Of a stretch of 64,000 bases of DNA, positions 61,480-64,000 are shown in pieces. The position numbers and the translations under genes were made by a program. The stretch covers positions 10,108-74,107 of the forward strand of contig JASFQB010000007.1 in assembly GCA_050115675.1 (NCBI GenBank), given 5' to 3'. How positions within the stretch are numbered: the first letter of the stretch is position 1; each line of letters opens with the position of its first letter. This DNA comes from Candidatus Woesebacteria bacterium. GTDB taxonomy: Bacteria > Patescibacteriota > Saccharimonadia > Saccharimonadales > EFPC-124. The notes under the pieces were generated by a model. That model was not told the DNA's origin, searched no databases, and was given only the letters and a program-made list of their open reading frames with translations.

Positions 61480-62317
61480 TCCTTATCTTTCCGCCCAGCG
61501 TGCGCAGTTCTTTCAGGGCAAGCTTTGCTTGCGTATCTTTTGGCGCAGCACCATGCCACAAAAAATCGTATTCCATAAAATCAACACCTTTGCCAGGAAT
61601 TGTGTGTGCAATTATTACACTTGGGCGGTTTTCGATGGCTCGCGCCAAGCTACACGCGTCAATAAAAGATTGAATATTATGACCATCAACCTCAATAACA
61701 TGCCAGCCAAACGATTCCCATTTTGCAGCTAAGTCCTCAAGCGGCATTACATCCTCTGTTTGACCACTAATTTGAATATTATTGCGATCAACTATTGCTA
61801 TTAAATTTGCGAGTTCATATTTTGCACCCAACATAATAGCCTCCCAGGTGTTGCCTTCCTGAAACTCACCATCACTCATCACACAATAAACCCAGCGCCT
61901 AGAGTGATCCATTTTTAGCGCCAAGGCCATACCAGCAGCCTGACTTAGGCCTGACCCCAGCGGCCCAGATGTTGTCTCTAGCCCCGGCAAGCGCAATCTT
62001 TCTGGATGACCCTGTAGCCTACTGCCAAACTTACGCAAAGTATCAAGCTCACTTAGATCAAAATAGCCGCTACGTGACATTGCCGCATACCTAATTGGCA
62101 CACAGTGTCCGTTAGACAAAACTAACAAATCGCGCTCATTCCAATCTGGATTTTTTGGATCATGCCTTAGTACGCTAAAATAAAGCGCAGCAAAAATATC
62201 TGCCAAGCCTAGCGGCCCTGCCGCATGTCCAGAACCGGCTTTAAGCAACATGGCGATAATATCCTGTCTAAGCCGATTAGCCATTTGCTGGAGTTGCTGC
62301 AAAGTAAGTTGTTTCAT
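61463..62317 (-). CDS. tkt: Transketolase, N-terminal (TPP-binding) subunit
   Basis: GSGHAAGPLGLADI, SNGH, GSLGQ-like GPLGSGLSQAAG, SDGEFQEGNTWEA. Overlaps the C-terminal subunit gene by 17 nt. Confidence 0.85.
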   Translation of the reverse strand: MKQLTLQQLQQMANRLRQDIIAMLLKAGSGHAAGPLGLADIFAALYFSVLRHDPKNPDWNERDLLVLSNGHCVPIRYAAMSRSGYFDLSELDTLRKFGSRLQGHPERLRLPGLETTSGPLGSGLSQAAGMALALKMDHSRRWVYCVMSDGEFQEGNTWEAIMLGAKYELANLIAIVDRNNIQISGQTEDVMPLEDLAAKWESFGWHVIEVDGHNIQSFIDACSLARAIENRPSVIIAHTIPGKGVDFMEYDFLWHGAAPKDTQAKLALKELRTLGGKIRNEQDD

Positions 62318-62402
62318 TCTGCTTATGATTATACAGCAAACAGATAAACATATTCTGCTTGTTTTTATGTTTCAATGTAGTTAATAGATTGCTTTGATCT
62401 TA

Positions 62403-63032
62403 CTACTTGAGTAAACCGTTTAATTCTTTATAAACATCCGCCGGAAAGTCCGCATTTTGCAATGCACCGCCAACGTTAAACACTTCAACCCCCTGCGACA
62501 GCAGTAGCGGCAGATTCTCAGCATTTATTCCGCCATCCCAGCCGAGCTCGGCTGTTGGGTTGATAGCAGAAATATCAGGAATTTTTTTAAGCACGTTCAT
62601 ATCTGCTTTGCCGCCCTGATAGCCAAGCTTTCCAGCAAATAACAAAACATGGTCAGCGGTACTTATTAGATTCTCATGCTTTTGCAACTCTGTTTCTGGC
62701 AATAAAGCCACGCCAGCTTTTATTCCCATAGATTGCAACTCCAGCACTAATCCAAGCATGTCACCCTCAGATTCTACCTGCAAAACTATCATATTTGGCT
62801 TAAGGCTTATTGCAGTTTCGATATAGCTACGCGGCTTTTTGTACATAAGATGCAAATCAGCAATTGAGCCCTCTGGCCAATAAATCTGCGCGATATTCAT
62901 CAATTTTGCTGGAGCCAAGGAGCCATCTGCAAGATCAATATGAAGACGCTTAGAAAAATCTTCTACTTTTGCAACTTGTTCTCGATATCCATGCGGATCA
63001 CTGGCAGTAATAGTTGGGCAAATAATCGGCAT
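62403..63032 (-). CDS. rpe: Divergent ribulose-phosphate 3-epimerase-like TIM barrel
   Basis: HIDLADGSLAP, DLHLMYKKP, GVALLPET, WDGGIN follow Rpe motif order but are divergent. ATG at 63032 overlaps the rpiB stop (TAATG). Confidence 0.55.
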   Translation of the reverse strand: MPIICPTITASDPHGYREQVAKVEDFSKRLHIDLADGSLAPAKLMNIAQIYWPEGSIADLHLMYKKPRSYIETAISLKPNMIVLQVESEGDMLGLVLELQSMGIKAGVALLPETELQKHENLISTADHVLLFAGKLGYQGGKADMNVLKKIPDISAINPTAELGWDGGINAENLPLLLSQGVEVFNVGGALQNADFPADVYKELNGLLK

Positions 63033-63481
63033 TATCCGTATAACTCCTCGATTTCTTTTATCCGTCGTACGTGTCGCGCCGCACCGGAAAACGGTGCGCT
63101 CAGCCAAACATCGACCAAGCCTAAAACCTCATCTTCATTTAGCATGTTTGCAGGAATGCATAAAACGTTACTGTTGTTGTCGTTACGAGTTTCGCGCGCA
63201 ACTTTTTGGTCCCACACAACAGAGGCCCTAATCCCGCGTACACGATTTGCCGCAATACACATACCCTGACCACTACCGCAAAGCAATATACCCCGAGCAT
63301 CAGGGTCTGTGTCACCCAAGACCTTTGTTGCTACCGCCAAGGCAAACTGAGGATAATCATCATTAGGGTCAAGTACTTTATCGCCCTCATCTTCTACATC
63401 GTAGTTTAGCTTGCTTAAATGCGCAAAAACCTTTTCTTTAAGATTAAATCCAGCGTGGTCGGATCCTAAATATACTCGCAT
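63032..63481 (-). CDS. rpiB: Ribose-5-phosphate isomerase B
   Basis: GSDHAGF, LLCGSGQGMCIAANR (catalytic Cys region). 149 aa. Confidence 0.85.
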   Translation of the reverse strand: MRVYLGSDHAGFNLKEKVFAHLSKLNYDVEDEGDKVLDPNDDYPQFALAVATKVLGDTDPDARGILLCGSGQGMCIAANRVRGIRASVVWDQKVARETRNDNNSNVLCIPANMLNEDEVLGLVDVWLSAPFSGAARHVRRIKEIEELYG

Positions 63482-63484
63482 ATC

Positions 63485-64000
<516 letters not shown>

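Overview
Gene-dense 64-kb window, mostly minus-strand housekeeping genes from an AT-leaning bacterium with little biosynthetic capacity. The content (gatCAB, split transketolase, PilB, a VirB6-like membrane protein, PBP1A, many orphan genes) is consistent with Patescibacteria/CPR, possibly Saccharibacteria-like; this is inference from gene content only. Recognised genes: NodB-type deacetylase, tRNA-Leu(UAG), rsmD, recG, tyrS, PBP1A, PIN/TRAM protein, radA, clpC, nusA, pepN, yraN, rnhB, rplS, malic enzyme, pilB/gspE-type ATPase, SpoU/TrmH methyltransferase, CAP-domain protein, dnaE, YtxH/DUF948 pair, C39-like peptidase, galU, gatCAB, uvrB, a NUDIX hydrolase, a LOG/TIGR00725-like protein, and a sugar-phosphate cluster (pfkB kinase, fba, split tkt, rpe-like, rpiB, gap). 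I saw no rRNA, CRISPR array, IS element or integrase. The main candidate system is a GC-rich island of about 8 kb (about 31.2-39.4 kb). It holds a PRTase / CitE-like lyase / PRTase / HAD operon, a divergently transcribed 487-aa orphan with a tandem C-terminal repeat, canonical TerD, a degenerate TerD-like protein and a TerC/DUF475-type membrane protein. This is a minimal Ter-type stress/defence plus nucleoside-like-metabolite module that looks horizontally acquired, with AT-rich host-style promoters between the GC-rich ORFs. Other observations: a perfect CIRCE operator on the clpC promoter; a recurring (TGn)TAnAAT-N6-8-ATG leaderless-type architecture on at least 11 genes, including recG, radA and uvrB; an Rx4H (HEPN-like) membrane protein translationally coupled inside gatCAB; two sets of duplicated zinc-ribbon genes; and an orphan promoter-terminator pair that may encode a small RNA. 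All family assignments come from motifs read by eye. No database search was run.
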